DNA from: Meiothermus sp.
GTDB lineage: Bacteria; Deinococcota; Deinococci; Deinococcales; Thermaceae
Direction: 5' to 3'
Assembly (NCBI GenBank): GCA_033762915.1
Contig: JANRLD010000013.1
Span: 32,001 to 96,000, forward strand
Length of the DNA: 64,000 nucleotides
The translations under genes and the position numbers were made by a program. Within the stretch, counting starts at the first letter, position 1, and every line of letters starts with the position of its first letter. A model generated the notes under the pieces. The model saw only the letters and a list, made by a program, of their open reading frames with translations. It was not told where the DNA came from and did no database searches. Positions 30,611-39,627 of the stretch are shown here, piece after piece.

Positions 30611-32818
30611 ATGCTGAAGCAGACCCCTTGGACCAAGGCCCAGTGGCTATTGTGCGCAGCCCTTCTGACCCTGAACGCGTGCGGCACACTCGAGGTTCAG
30701 ATCCGGGTTACCCCCCCCAGCCAGACCATCGAGGCTGGCGGCCCGGCAGTTCCCCTTGAGGCCATGGTGACGGGCAGCTCCACCTCGGTGCGCTGGGCCG
30801 TCACCCCCAACCTGGGTAGCCTGGACGTTAGTAGCGGGACCACCGTCCGCTACACGCCCCCCGCTAAGGTGAACAAGCTCGAGACCGTGACTATCACCGC
30901 CACGCTCGAGGGATCTGCCCTCCAGGGCTTTAGCAGCCTCACCATCCGGCCGACCGCCGCCGCCAATCAGCCCTTGTCCCTCGACCCTGCCGGGCTGAGC
31001 CTGGTCACGGGCGGCCCGGCGGCTCGTTTCCACGTAACTGGTTCCACCGGCGCACTGGCCTGTGCCCTCGAGCCCGTCCTGGGTCGTTGCCGGGTGGAGG
31101 GTGCGGAAGTCGAGTACACCCCGCCTGCCCAACTCGATAGTCCGGCCCAGGTCCTTCTGACAGTAGGCCTTGAGGCGGGTGGAGCTCAGACAAGTGCTGT
31201 TCTCGAGCTGTCCCCCAGTCCCGGTAACCTCCATGCCGATATGGGTGTCAGTCCGGGCAACGTGACCACCCGCTACGGTGCAGAGGCTACCCGTTTTAGC
31301 GCCGCGGTACCTGAGGGTGCGATGGTCACTTGGAGCTTGTTTCCAGATGTGGGCACTTTGAGCGCAACCAGCGGTAGCACCGTCAGCTACACCCCACCCA
31401 ACCTCATCTCGCCGTACCCGGTTACAGTCATCCTTACCGCCTCGTTGGAGGGCTCTGCGATACGCTCCAGCACCGCCATCACCGTTCGCCCCCCAACCAC
31501 CGCCGAAGTACCCACTTGCCAGTCCTACCTCAGCCCTACCTCCAACGAGACCCTGGTGGGTCTTACGTCCCGGATCTCATACGCCTCCGGCGAGCGGCTC
31601 GAGCTGCGGGTGAGTTCGCCTAATGGGGCCTATGACTTGCTCATATATAAGGAGGGCCAAGCCAGCCAACTCCTGCTGTACCAGCGGCAGATTACTGGTC
31701 AGCGCTACGGGGTTCCGGCCCAGCCCTACGCCAACGGCGTGAACTGGCCGACCAGCTTTCACTTCACGCTCCCGGCCAACTGGTCGAGTGGTTTGTACAA
31801 TGCGATCTTGATGGAACGGGCGTCCCAGCGGTGCTATGAGGTTGTCTTTGTAGTGCGGCCCCGCTCCGACCAGCCTAAAGCCCCCATCGCCCTGCTGGCC
31901 GCCGACCTGACCTGGCAGGCCTACAACTCCTGGGGCGGGGCTTCCTCGTACCGCTGCGCCCTGGGGGAGGCAGACTGCGTCTTCCTGGGCAACCCCGGTA
32001 GTGCCCAGACCGTCTCCAACCGGTATGCGCCGGTTCTCAGCACCCACCGCCCTAACCCCTCTGCCTACTTGCGGCGCGAGCAGAACTTCGACCACGGGGC
32101 TTTGGGGCTGCTCACCCTGGTGCAGTGGCTCGAGGCCCAGGGCTACTCCTTCGACGTGCTCAGCGAAACCGACCTGCACCAGACCCCAGACCTGCTCGAG
32201 GGCTACCGGGTACTGGTGCTGGACCGGCATAGCGAGTACTGGACCGGGCCAATGTACGACCGCCTGGAGCAGTTCTTGGATAAAGGTGGCAGCCTGTTTA
32301 ACTCCGGCTCTAACCAGATATACTGGAAAACTGTCCTCCAGAACAGCCAGCTCGAGGTGCGCAAGGATCGTCTAGCTCATGGCTTCGATGGGAGTCCCGG
32401 CGGGCTGTGGCGTGAGGTGGGGCGGCCAGAGGCCCGGATGCTGGGGTCGCGCTTCACCTCCACCGGGGCCGACTATGGCAACCGCGCCAACTACACCGCC
32501 TTGCGTCCTGACCACTGGGCCTTAAGAGGGACCGGCCTGACCATGAACCAAACCTTTGGCAGCACCTGCTCGGGCTGGGAGACCGACAAGGTAGATCCCG
32601 CCAACCGCCCGGAGGGCCTCGAAGTCATCGCCCGCGGCAACAACATCGACCTCAACCGCCCCGGACAGGCCGGGGCTGACATGACTTACTATACTCACGC
32701 GGGCGGCGGTGGGGTCTTCTCGGTCGGTTCACTCAGCTTTTTCAGTAGTACTTGCCGCAACGATCCCGTTATCACTAGGGTTATTCGCAACGTATTCGAC
32801 CGGCTGTTAAGCCAGTGA
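30611..32818 (+). CDS. Lipoprotein with Ig-like repeats and a dimethylformamidase beta-subunit-like domain, paralog 2
   Basis: Lipobox LNAC; collinear with paralog 1; TWQAYNSWGGASSY, RHSEYW and GWETD motifs. Alternative start at 30590. Confidence 0.82.
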   Translation: MLKQTPWTKAQWLLCAALLTLNACGTLEVQIRVTPPSQTIEAGGPAVPLEAMVTGSSTSVRWAVTPNLGSLDVSSGTTVRYTPPAKVNKLETVTITATLEGSALQGFSSLTIRPTAAANQPLSLDPAGLSLVTGGPAARFHVTGSTGALACALEPVLGRCRVEGAEVEYTPPAQLDSPAQVLLTVGLEAGGAQTSAVLELSPSPGNLHADMGVSPGNVTTRYGAEATRFSAAVPEGAMVTWSLFPDVGTLSATSGSTVSYTPPNLISPYPVTVILTASLEGSAIRSSTAITVRPPTTAEVPTCQSYLSPTSNETLVGLTSRISYASGERLELRVSSPNGAYDLLIYKEGQASQLLLYQRQITGQRYGVPAQPYANGVNWPTSFHFTLPANWSSGLYNAILMERASQRCYEVVFVVRPRSDQPKAPIALLAADLTWQAYNSWGGASSYRCALGEADCVFLGNPGSAQTVSNRYAPVLSTHRPNPSAYLRREQNFDHGALGLLTLVQWLEAQGYSFDVLSETDLHQTPDLLEGYRVLVLDRHSEYWTGPMYDRLEQFLDKGGSLFNSGSNQIYWKTVLQNSQLEVRKDRLAHGFDGSPGGLWREVGRPEARMLGSRFTSTGADYGNRANYTALRPDHWALRGTGLTMNQTFGSTCSGWETDKVDPANRPEGLEVIARGNNIDLNRPGQAGADMTYYTHAGGGGVFSVGSLSFFSSTCRNDPVITRVIRNVFDRLLSQ

Positions 32819-33400
32819 CAGCCTTCCCGAGTCACCTCTCGCCTGGAGTGTTGACTGAGGATCTGATGGCTCTTCCCTGGACGGTTTGAAAGACCAGCCT
32901 TGGTGGGTGATACCTCCTTGGCATTCACTCCACCTCAACTCCAAATTCGTCAAGCTCTGCCAAGGGCCCGACCTGCTCCTCGGCTTCTTGCGTCATGCTG
33001 GGCTGGCCCGTAAGCAACTTTGGTGAGGGTCGATAAAGCGGCGTAACACGTCGGGTATCGGTTGGAAACGCAGAGGGTGGAGCTTGAGCGATTTCAAGCC
33101 ATTCCTAGCTGCAGCCCTGCTGTTTCTGCTCACGCGGTGTCGGACGTGTAGAGCGTGTGGAGCCGCAGGGCGTTCGCGTGAACGCTAGGGATTGAAGCTC
33201 GACGGGCGGCCTCGAGGCCGCCCGTCCGCTCGGCATTACGTCACTTTTCGGCCTGCAAAGCCGTGAACCAAGGCGGCGTCCAGGTGTAACGCGCAAATAA
33301 CCCGCACCTAGACTGGGCAGCCTATAACGTAGTAGAAGGGCGTAACGCCTAAATCCGACACCACCGTATGGCTATGCAGGGTAGCCGCAGAGAGGAAACA

Positions 33401-34507
33401 ATGCTGACCAAACCCCGTATCCCCATCCTCGACCTTTCCCCCGAAGTGGACGAACTCTGGGAGGAGCTTAACGCCGCCATCCAGCGCGTGCTGCGCTCCG
33501 GCGAGTTCATCATGGGTCAGGACGTGAAGGCCCTCGAGGGCGAGCTAGCCCAGTTCCTGGGGGTTCAGCACGCCGTCGGGCTCAATTCCGGCACTGATGC
33601 GCTGTTTATCGGGCTGCGGGCTATGGGGGTCGGGGAGGGTGACGAGGTGATTACTACCCCCTTCACCTTCTTCGCCACCGCCGAGGCCATTAGCTTGATC
33701 GGGGCCACCCCGGTCTTCGTGGACGTGGATCCCGCCACCTTTAACCTGGATCCCGAGCTGATCGAAGCCGCCATCACCCCCCGCACCAAGGCCATCATCC
33801 CAGTTCATCTCTATGGCAGCCCGGCCAACATGGGTCGCATTATGGAGATCGCCCAGAAGCACGGGTTGAAGGTGCTCGAGGACTGCGCCCAGTCATTCGG
33901 GGCCACCTACCAGGGCCAGCACACCGGCACCATCGGGGAGGTGGGGGCTTTCTCTTTCTTCCCTTCCAAGAACCTGGGGGCCTATGGCGACGGCGGCCTG
34001 ATGACCACGGGAGACGACCAGATCGCTGAGACTGCCCGGATGCTGCGTGCCCACGGCTCGCGAAAGAAGTACCACAACGAGTTGATCGGCTACAACAGCC
34101 GCCTCGACACCCTCCAGGCCGCCATCCTGCGGGTCAAGCTGCCCCACCTCGCCCGCAACAACCTGGGTCGTCGTGCGGTGGCTGAGCGCTACAACGCGCT
34201 GCTGTCTGGTGTGGAGGGCCTGATCACCCCCACTGCCCTCGAGGGGCACGTCTTCCACCAGTACACCCTGCGGGTGCTGGACGGCAAGCGTGACCTGTTG
34301 CAGAGAAAACTCGAGGAAGCCGGAATCAGCACCATGATTTACTACCCTATTCCCGTGCACAAACTGCCGGTCTACGCCCACTTGAGCCAGAGCTTTCCCG
34401 TCAGTGAGCAACTGGCCACGGAGGCCCTCTCGCTACCAATATGGCCCAGTTTGGGGGCGGAAGAGCAGGGGTACATCGCCGACCATATCCGCCGCATCCT
34501 AGGCTAG
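33401..34507 (+). CDS. DegT/DnrJ/EryC1/StrS family sugar aminotransferase
   Basis: NSGTDAL, PVHLYG, EDCAQSFG, SFFPSKNLGAYGDGG and GYNSRLD motifs; RBS AGAGGA. Confidence 0.94.
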   Translation: MLTKPRIPILDLSPEVDELWEELNAAIQRVLRSGEFIMGQDVKALEGELAQFLGVQHAVGLNSGTDALFIGLRAMGVGEGDEVITTPFTFFATAEAISLIGATPVFVDVDPATFNLDPELIEAAITPRTKAIIPVHLYGSPANMGRIMEIAQKHGLKVLEDCAQSFGATYQGQHTGTIGEVGAFSFFPSKNLGAYGDGGLMTTGDDQIAETARMLRAHGSRKKYHNELIGYNSRLDTLQAAILRVKLPHLARNNLGRRAVAERYNALLSGVEGLITPTALEGHVFHQYTLRVLDGKRDLLQRKLEEAGISTMIYYPIPVHKLPVYAHLSQSFPVSEQLATEALSLPIWPSLGAEEQGYIADHIRRILG

Positions 34508-34527
34508 GCCCGACCGTGTCCAACCTC

Positions 34528-35838
34528 ATGAGTTCGTCTCGAGCACGCCTCGCCCGGCTACTGCCCAAGGGTCGCTTTGCCCGCGACGTGGGCAAGCTGG
34601 CCGGTGGGGCGGCCTTGGGTCAGCTCGTGGTCATCCTGGCCACTCCTGTCATCACCCGTCTCTACACGCCCGCCGATTTCGGGGTTCTGGCGGTCTTTAC
34701 CACCTTGTTGGGTATCACGGCCGCGATGGTTAGCCTGCGCTACGAGTTGGCCATCCCGCTGGCCGACGACGACGCGGAAGCCGCCAACCTGCTGGCTGTG
34801 TGCCTGTTGCTGTGCGTCGCGGTGTCTGGGCTGCTGCTGGTGGCCGTCTTGGTCTTGGGCGCGTCCCTCACCCGCCTGACCAACAGCCCCTCGCTCGAAC
34901 CCTACTTGTGGATGCTCCCGCTGGCCGTCTTTCTCGCCGGGGTCTACCAGAGTCTCAACTACTGGCTGACCCGTGTGAAGAGGTTCGGGCCGGTGGCCAC
35001 GACCAAGTTCAGCCAAGGTTTTGGCAACGCCCTGACTGCCATCGGGCTGGGTCTGCTGCATGCCCAGCCGCTGGGCCTTCTGGTCGGGCAACTGGTGGGG
35101 CAGAGCGCTGGCACCACCACCCTGGCTCGGGCCGGTTGGCAGAGCGGCCTGGCGGTGCTGCGGGGCTCGGTGGGCCGGGAAGCGATGACTGCTGCGGCTC
35201 GCAAATTCCGGCGCTTCGCCCTGTACTCCACGCCCTCGAGTCTGATCAATAACATCGGCCTGTGGGTACCGCCGCTGCTGTTCGCGGGCCTGTACGGTCC
35301 AGCGGTAGCGGGTCTAGTGGCGCTGGGTGACCGCGTGGCCCGGCAGCCGCTCAATATCCTTGGCCTCAGCATCGCCCAGGTTTACTACTCCGAGGCCGGG
35401 AGTCTGGCCTCGCGGCCTCAGGAACTTAAACGCCTGTTTTTGCGTACCGCCTTCAGCCTCCTGCGGGTGGGGGCGGTACCGTTCGCCCTCGCAGCGCTGC
35501 TGAGCCCCTGGTTGTTCGGATTGGTCTTCGGCCTGGAGTGGCGCAGCGGCGGCGTGTACGTGCAGTGGATGGCGCTGGCCTTCTTCGCCCAGTTCGTGAT
35601 GACCCCCCTCTCCGGCACCCTCAATGCCCTCCAGCGCCCCGACCTCCAGGCGGCGTGGGACGTAGCGCGGCTGGTTCTTGTGGTGGGCGGCATCTGGCTG
35701 TGCCACAACTTGGGTGGGTCACCCGAGGCCGCCTTCGCGATCTACGGGGGCGGCTTGACGTTGAGCTACTTGCTGCTCTTCGCCCTAAGCTACTGGGCGC
35801 TCGAGCGCCGGGCGCTTTCAACCGGAGTTGATTCATGA
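34528..35838 (+). CDS. wzx: Wzx-type oligosaccharide flippase
   Basis: About 12 TM segments; PVITRLYTPADFG and LRYELAIPL motifs; glycan-cluster context. Alternative GTG start at 34516. Confidence 0.85.
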   Translation: MSSSRARLARLLPKGRFARDVGKLAGGAALGQLVVILATPVITRLYTPADFGVLAVFTTLLGITAAMVSLRYELAIPLADDDAEAANLLAVCLLLCVAVSGLLLVAVLVLGASLTRLTNSPSLEPYLWMLPLAVFLAGVYQSLNYWLTRVKRFGPVATTKFSQGFGNALTAIGLGLLHAQPLGLLVGQLVGQSAGTTTLARAGWQSGLAVLRGSVGREAMTAAARKFRRFALYSTPSSLINNIGLWVPPLLFAGLYGPAVAGLVALGDRVARQPLNILGLSIAQVYYSEAGSLASRPQELKRLFLRTAFSLLRVGAVPFALAALLSPWLFGLVFGLEWRSGGVYVQWMALAFFAQFVMTPLSGTLNALQRPDLQAAWDVARLVLVVGGIWLCHNLGGSPEAAFAIYGGGLTLSYLLLFALSYWALERRALSTGVDS

Positions 35839-37148
35839 TTTATCTGTACGGGCTTCTGTTCCTCATGGCCGTTCTAATGCTCGGGCGGGTCTTCGCCCGA
35901 GACTTCCGGCTGGGGGTGCTGTGTGGCCTGACCGTCTTGGTCTTCGTACCCCTGGTCATCCCTATCCACCTCCTGCCGATCAACGGGGTGGTGGTGAGCC
36001 TTCAGTTGGGCTTCGTCTTCCTGGCTTTCCTGGCGTTGCAGATTCGAGACCGGGGAACGGTTGACCCGCAGCTTAACCAGCAACGTTTCGCGGGGTGGGT
36101 GATACTCGGACTGCTGTTTGGCTTTGCTCTGCTGCTGTTCACATTCTGCTTCATCTCGCCGGACGCCGAGCTCGGCTTCGCCAAGACGGGGCTGTTTGTG
36201 CTGCGGGTGTTGATCCCCTTGCTGGGGTTTATCTGGTTACTGCCGATCACCAAGCAAGAGTTGCGCGTGATGTTCAACAGCATTCTGATGGGTTCGGTGT
36301 TGGTCGCCGTTGGGTTGTTTGCCTTCGGCGACATCGCGGCGGAACGGGTGGGTGCGGACGCTAGCCCCATCACCATGGGGCGGGCTATCGGTTTAGGTGC
36401 TGTGCTGTGCATCACCATGTTCCTGACCAACCTCCGAACCAACAGCTGGGTAGTCTGGGGGTATCTGGCCCTGGGTCTGGTGCTGCTCTTCACCATCTTG
36501 TTCACTGGCTCGAGAGGCCCCTTGCTGGCAGTTGGGGTTGCGCTGCTGGCGATCTTGCTGTTAGCACAAAGCGGGGCAAAATCGAAACTGTTCTCGTTCC
36601 TGCGGCTCGCCCTCTTGGGGGCAGCCATCTTTGCTGCCCAGTCTTTTACCCCGGTGGATTCGCTGCAATTCCGCAGCGTCAATCGGGTGTTCAGCTACCT
36701 CGAGACCCTCGGTACCAACAGCAGTGACTTGGCCCGCATCCGGTTTGTCGAGGTAGCACTGAACGAGATCCAGCGGGGCAATCTGATCGGGGTGGGAACC
36801 GGGGGGTTCACCTACCTGATGGGGTCGCTGGACTACCAGTACCCTCACAACGTGCTGCTGGAGGTGCTGGTCGAGCAGGGCTTGCTGGGTCTGTTGGCTT
36901 TGCTGGTGCTGTTTGTCCCCACCTTATCGCGGCTGCTGTCGCTGGCCATACGGGCTAGGGGCGAGCCCTACACGGTATACGTGGTCGGTTTGTTCGTTTA
37001 CAGCCTGACCAACGCTCTGGCCTCGGGCGACATCGGCAGAAACCAGCTGTTGTGGCTCGCCATGGCGCTGGTCTGGCTCGTGCACGCGGGCCTCAAGCAG
37101 GCTGAGCGCGACCCCAACCCCAAACCCTCGAAACTGGAGCTGGCATGA
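35835..37148 (+). CDS. O-antigen polymerase/ligase family protein (Wzy_C)
   Basis: Multi-TM; TGSRGP, GVGTGG and YPHNVLLEVLVEQGLLG motifs. Confidence 0.85.
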   Translation: MIYLYGLLFLMAVLMLGRVFARDFRLGVLCGLTVLVFVPLVIPIHLLPINGVVVSLQLGFVFLAFLALQIRDRGTVDPQLNQQRFAGWVILGLLFGFALLLFTFCFISPDAELGFAKTGLFVLRVLIPLLGFIWLLPITKQELRVMFNSILMGSVLVAVGLFAFGDIAAERVGADASPITMGRAIGLGAVLCITMFLTNLRTNSWVVWGYLALGLVLLFTILFTGSRGPLLAVGVALLAILLLAQSGAKSKLFSFLRLALLGAAIFAAQSFTPVDSLQFRSVNRVFSYLETLGTNSSDLARIRFVEVALNEIQRGNLIGVGTGGFTYLMGSLDYQYPHNVLLEVLVEQGLLGLLALLVLFVPTLSRLLSLAIRARGEPYTVYVVGLFVYSLTNALASGDIGRNQLLWLAMALVWLVHAGLKQAERDPNPKPSKLELA

Positions 37149-38287
37149 ATATCTTGAAAATCTCAGCAGTAGATCTGTCCGATCAGAGCGGCGCGGTGGA
37201 TCACTTCGTGGGAGTCGCCAACGGCTTAAGTGAGGTCGGGGCAAGGGTCACGGTGGTGGCTTGCGAGAAGCAAAGCAACTACCCCCAGCGATTGGCCGCA
37301 GCGGTCACCGCCCACAAAGTCAATGTCGCAGGCAAGGGGGTCTATGCTTCTCTTGCGGCACTCTCTGATAAGGCCCTGGAGGTGCTTTCGAGCCAGCCCT
37401 TCGACGCGGTGTACCTGCGCACATTCCCGCTGGATTATCTCTTTTTGGCGCGGCACTTTGAGGGCTTAAGGGTTAAGGCGGTATGCGAGCTGAATACTAA
37501 GACTGGCCCGGAGTATCGTTCCAAGGGTAAGGCCCTGCGAGGCCGGGTCTATGAGTTTTTCGAGGGGCGTACTCTGGCCTCCTGCCGTGGCTGGCTGCCG
37601 GTGACTCAGGAGATTCAGACTTACGCCGCGCAAATCTCACGCACCCAAAAGCCTTTCATCATCGCCAAAAACGGCGTGGACTTCAGCGCCTTGGGCGGCC
37701 CTCAGGCCCGATCCAGTCGGGAGCGCATCCGCCAACAGCTCGGTGCTGGATCGGACCAGTTGGTTATGGTGATGCTGGGCTTTAACCGGCCCTGGCACGG
37801 CTATGAGCGGGCGGTCCAGATGCTTTCTTCCATGCCCAAGGCCCAGTTATGGTTGATCGGCAGCAGCGGCTCCGGCGACGAGGCGGCGGTCGAGACGGTG
37901 GCACGAGCCCAAGGCGTGGCGGATCGGGTCAAGGTGCTTCCTTGGATGAAGCCTGGCGAGGCCGCGCCCTATGTGGCGGCTGCCGATCTGGGCTTGAGCG
38001 CCCTGGCGATTGACCTCAAAGACCTTGGCGAGGCCCAGCCAATGAAGGTGGCCACCTATTTGTACATGGGCCTCCCAGTGCTGACCAACTACCAGGACTT
38101 GCGCCTGGATAACAGCCTCCCCTTCGTCTTCCATACTCCTTCGAATGATCCTAGAGTGCTGGCCCAGGTCGCCCTGGAACTCAACCCCTCTGACGATCTG
38201 CGGCGGCAGGCCCACCGCTTCGCGACGGATAATCTGAGCTGGCGGTCGGTTGGCCAAGAGACCCTCGATTTCCTCCGGCAAATTTAG
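37145..38287 (+). CDS. Glycosyltransferase family 4
   Basis: NGVD, WHGYE and PMKVATYLYMGLPV (GT-B C-terminal) motifs. Confidence 0.85.
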   Translation: MNILKISAVDLSDQSGAVDHFVGVANGLSEVGARVTVVACEKQSNYPQRLAAAVTAHKVNVAGKGVYASLAALSDKALEVLSSQPFDAVYLRTFPLDYLFLARHFEGLRVKAVCELNTKTGPEYRSKGKALRGRVYEFFEGRTLASCRGWLPVTQEIQTYAAQISRTQKPFIIAKNGVDFSALGGPQARSSRERIRQQLGAGSDQLVMVMLGFNRPWHGYERAVQMLSSMPKAQLWLIGSSGSGDEAAVETVARAQGVADRVKVLPWMKPGEAAPYVAAADLGLSALAIDLKDLGEAQPMKVATYLYMGLPVLTNYQDLRLDNSLPFVFHTPSNDPRVLAQVALELNPSDDLRRQAHRFATDNLSWRSVGQETLDFLRQI

Positions 38288-38289
38288 CC

Positions 38290-39534
38290 ATGAAGCTCCT
38301 TTTCGTCACCACCAGCCTGCCCTTCGGTCCCGGCGAAGCCTTCGTGCTGCCCGAACTCGAGGAGATCGAGCGGCTAGGCCACACGGTGGTCGTGGTCCCC
38401 ATGTACCCGCGCGGTGCGGTTGTCCACGCCAAGGCCAGAGCCCGCGAGGCGGCAGCTTTGAACCAGGGCATCCTGAGCCTTGAGATTCTCCGGGGCGCAC
38501 TAAAGATGTTTTTGACTCGGCCCAAGGGTACCCTCGAGGCGTTGGGGCTGGTGCTCACACGCAAGCCGCTTCACCTGCTTAAGAACCTGATTTTCTTCCC
38601 CAAGGCGTTGTGGCTGGCCCAGCAGGTCAGGGCGCTGGGTGTGGATCACGTCCACGCTCACTGGGTTTCGACCACCTCAAGCATGGCAATGGTGGCCAGT
38701 CACCTCACCGGGGTGCCCTGGAGCTTCACTGCTCACCGCTGGGACGTAGTTGAAAACAACCTGGTAGCTCGCAAAGCCGCCCGCGCCGCGCTGGCCCGCT
38801 TTATCTCCCAGAGCGGCCTCGAGATGGCCCGCCAGAACGGACTGGTCGCTAGCTCGAAGACCCGCGTGTTGCACATCGGGGTGCGGGTTGAGGAGGGCTA
38901 CACGCCTGTACCGGCCCCGGCCCGCTCGAGCTTCCGAGTTCTCTGCCCGGCTAACCTGCTGCCAGTCAAAGGGCATACCTACCTGATCGAAGCCATGTCC
39001 CTACTGAAGGACTTGCCGGTGGAGCTGTGGCTGGCCGGGGACGGCGATTTACGTAAGCCCCTGGAGGAGCAGGTCGCCAGGTTGCAATTGGACCAGCGGG
39101 TTCGCTTCTTGGGCGTTCTGCCACACGACCGTATTCTGAAGTTTTACGCCGACCGGGAGATAGACCTGGTGGCGCTGCCCAGCGTGGATCTGGGGGGGGG
39201 AGTGCACGAGGGGATTCCAGTCTCGCTGATGGAGGCCATGGCCTACGAGGTTCCGGTGGTCAGCACTTCCACCGGCGGGATACCCGAGCTTCTGGGGGGC
39301 GGGGCAGGGAGTCTGGTTCCGCCCCAAAACCCGCAAGCCCTGGCCGAGGCTATCCGGCAGCTTTACCAGTCCGAGGCTCTACGCCGGGACACCGCCCGAG
39401 CAGGCCACCAGGTTGTAGCTCGAAACTTTAACCTGTCTCGAGTTGCCCACGCGTTGTCTGATCACTTTGAGGCGGCCAGGGGACGGGCACAGGAGCCCGT
39501 CGGCCATAGCCGGGGTCTGAGCGCAAAGAGCTAA
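38290..39534 (+). CDS. Glycosyltransferase family 4 (WcaL-like)
   Basis: HVHAHW, SFTAH, KGHTYL and EGIPVSLMEAMA motifs. Confidence 0.9.
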   Translation: MKLLFVTTSLPFGPGEAFVLPELEEIERLGHTVVVVPMYPRGAVVHAKARAREAAALNQGILSLEILRGALKMFLTRPKGTLEALGLVLTRKPLHLLKNLIFFPKALWLAQQVRALGVDHVHAHWVSTTSSMAMVASHLTGVPWSFTAHRWDVVENNLVARKAARAALARFISQSGLEMARQNGLVASSKTRVLHIGVRVEEGYTPVPAPARSSFRVLCPANLLPVKGHTYLIEAMSLLKDLPVELWLAGDGDLRKPLEEQVARLQLDQRVRFLGVLPHDRILKFYADREIDLVALPSVDLGGGVHEGIPVSLMEAMAYEVPVVSTSTGGIPELLGGGAGSLVPPQNPQALAEAIRQLYQSEALRRDTARAGHQVVARNFNLSRVAHALSDHFEAARGRAQEPVGHSRGLSAKS

Positions 39535-39627
39535 ACCCGGGCTAAAGATTAAGATTCCTCGAGGTAGCGTTTTGCGGCCTCGAGGCTTAGATTTTGGGGG
39601 TATACCGCCGGGTGTACTCGAGGCATT

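Noticed and set aside
33040..33350. GTAAC-type repeats upstream of degT, also near 48945 and 58040
   Set aside because: Orientation and spacing are inconsistent with the three clear CGTTACC boxes, so they were not counted in the regulon.
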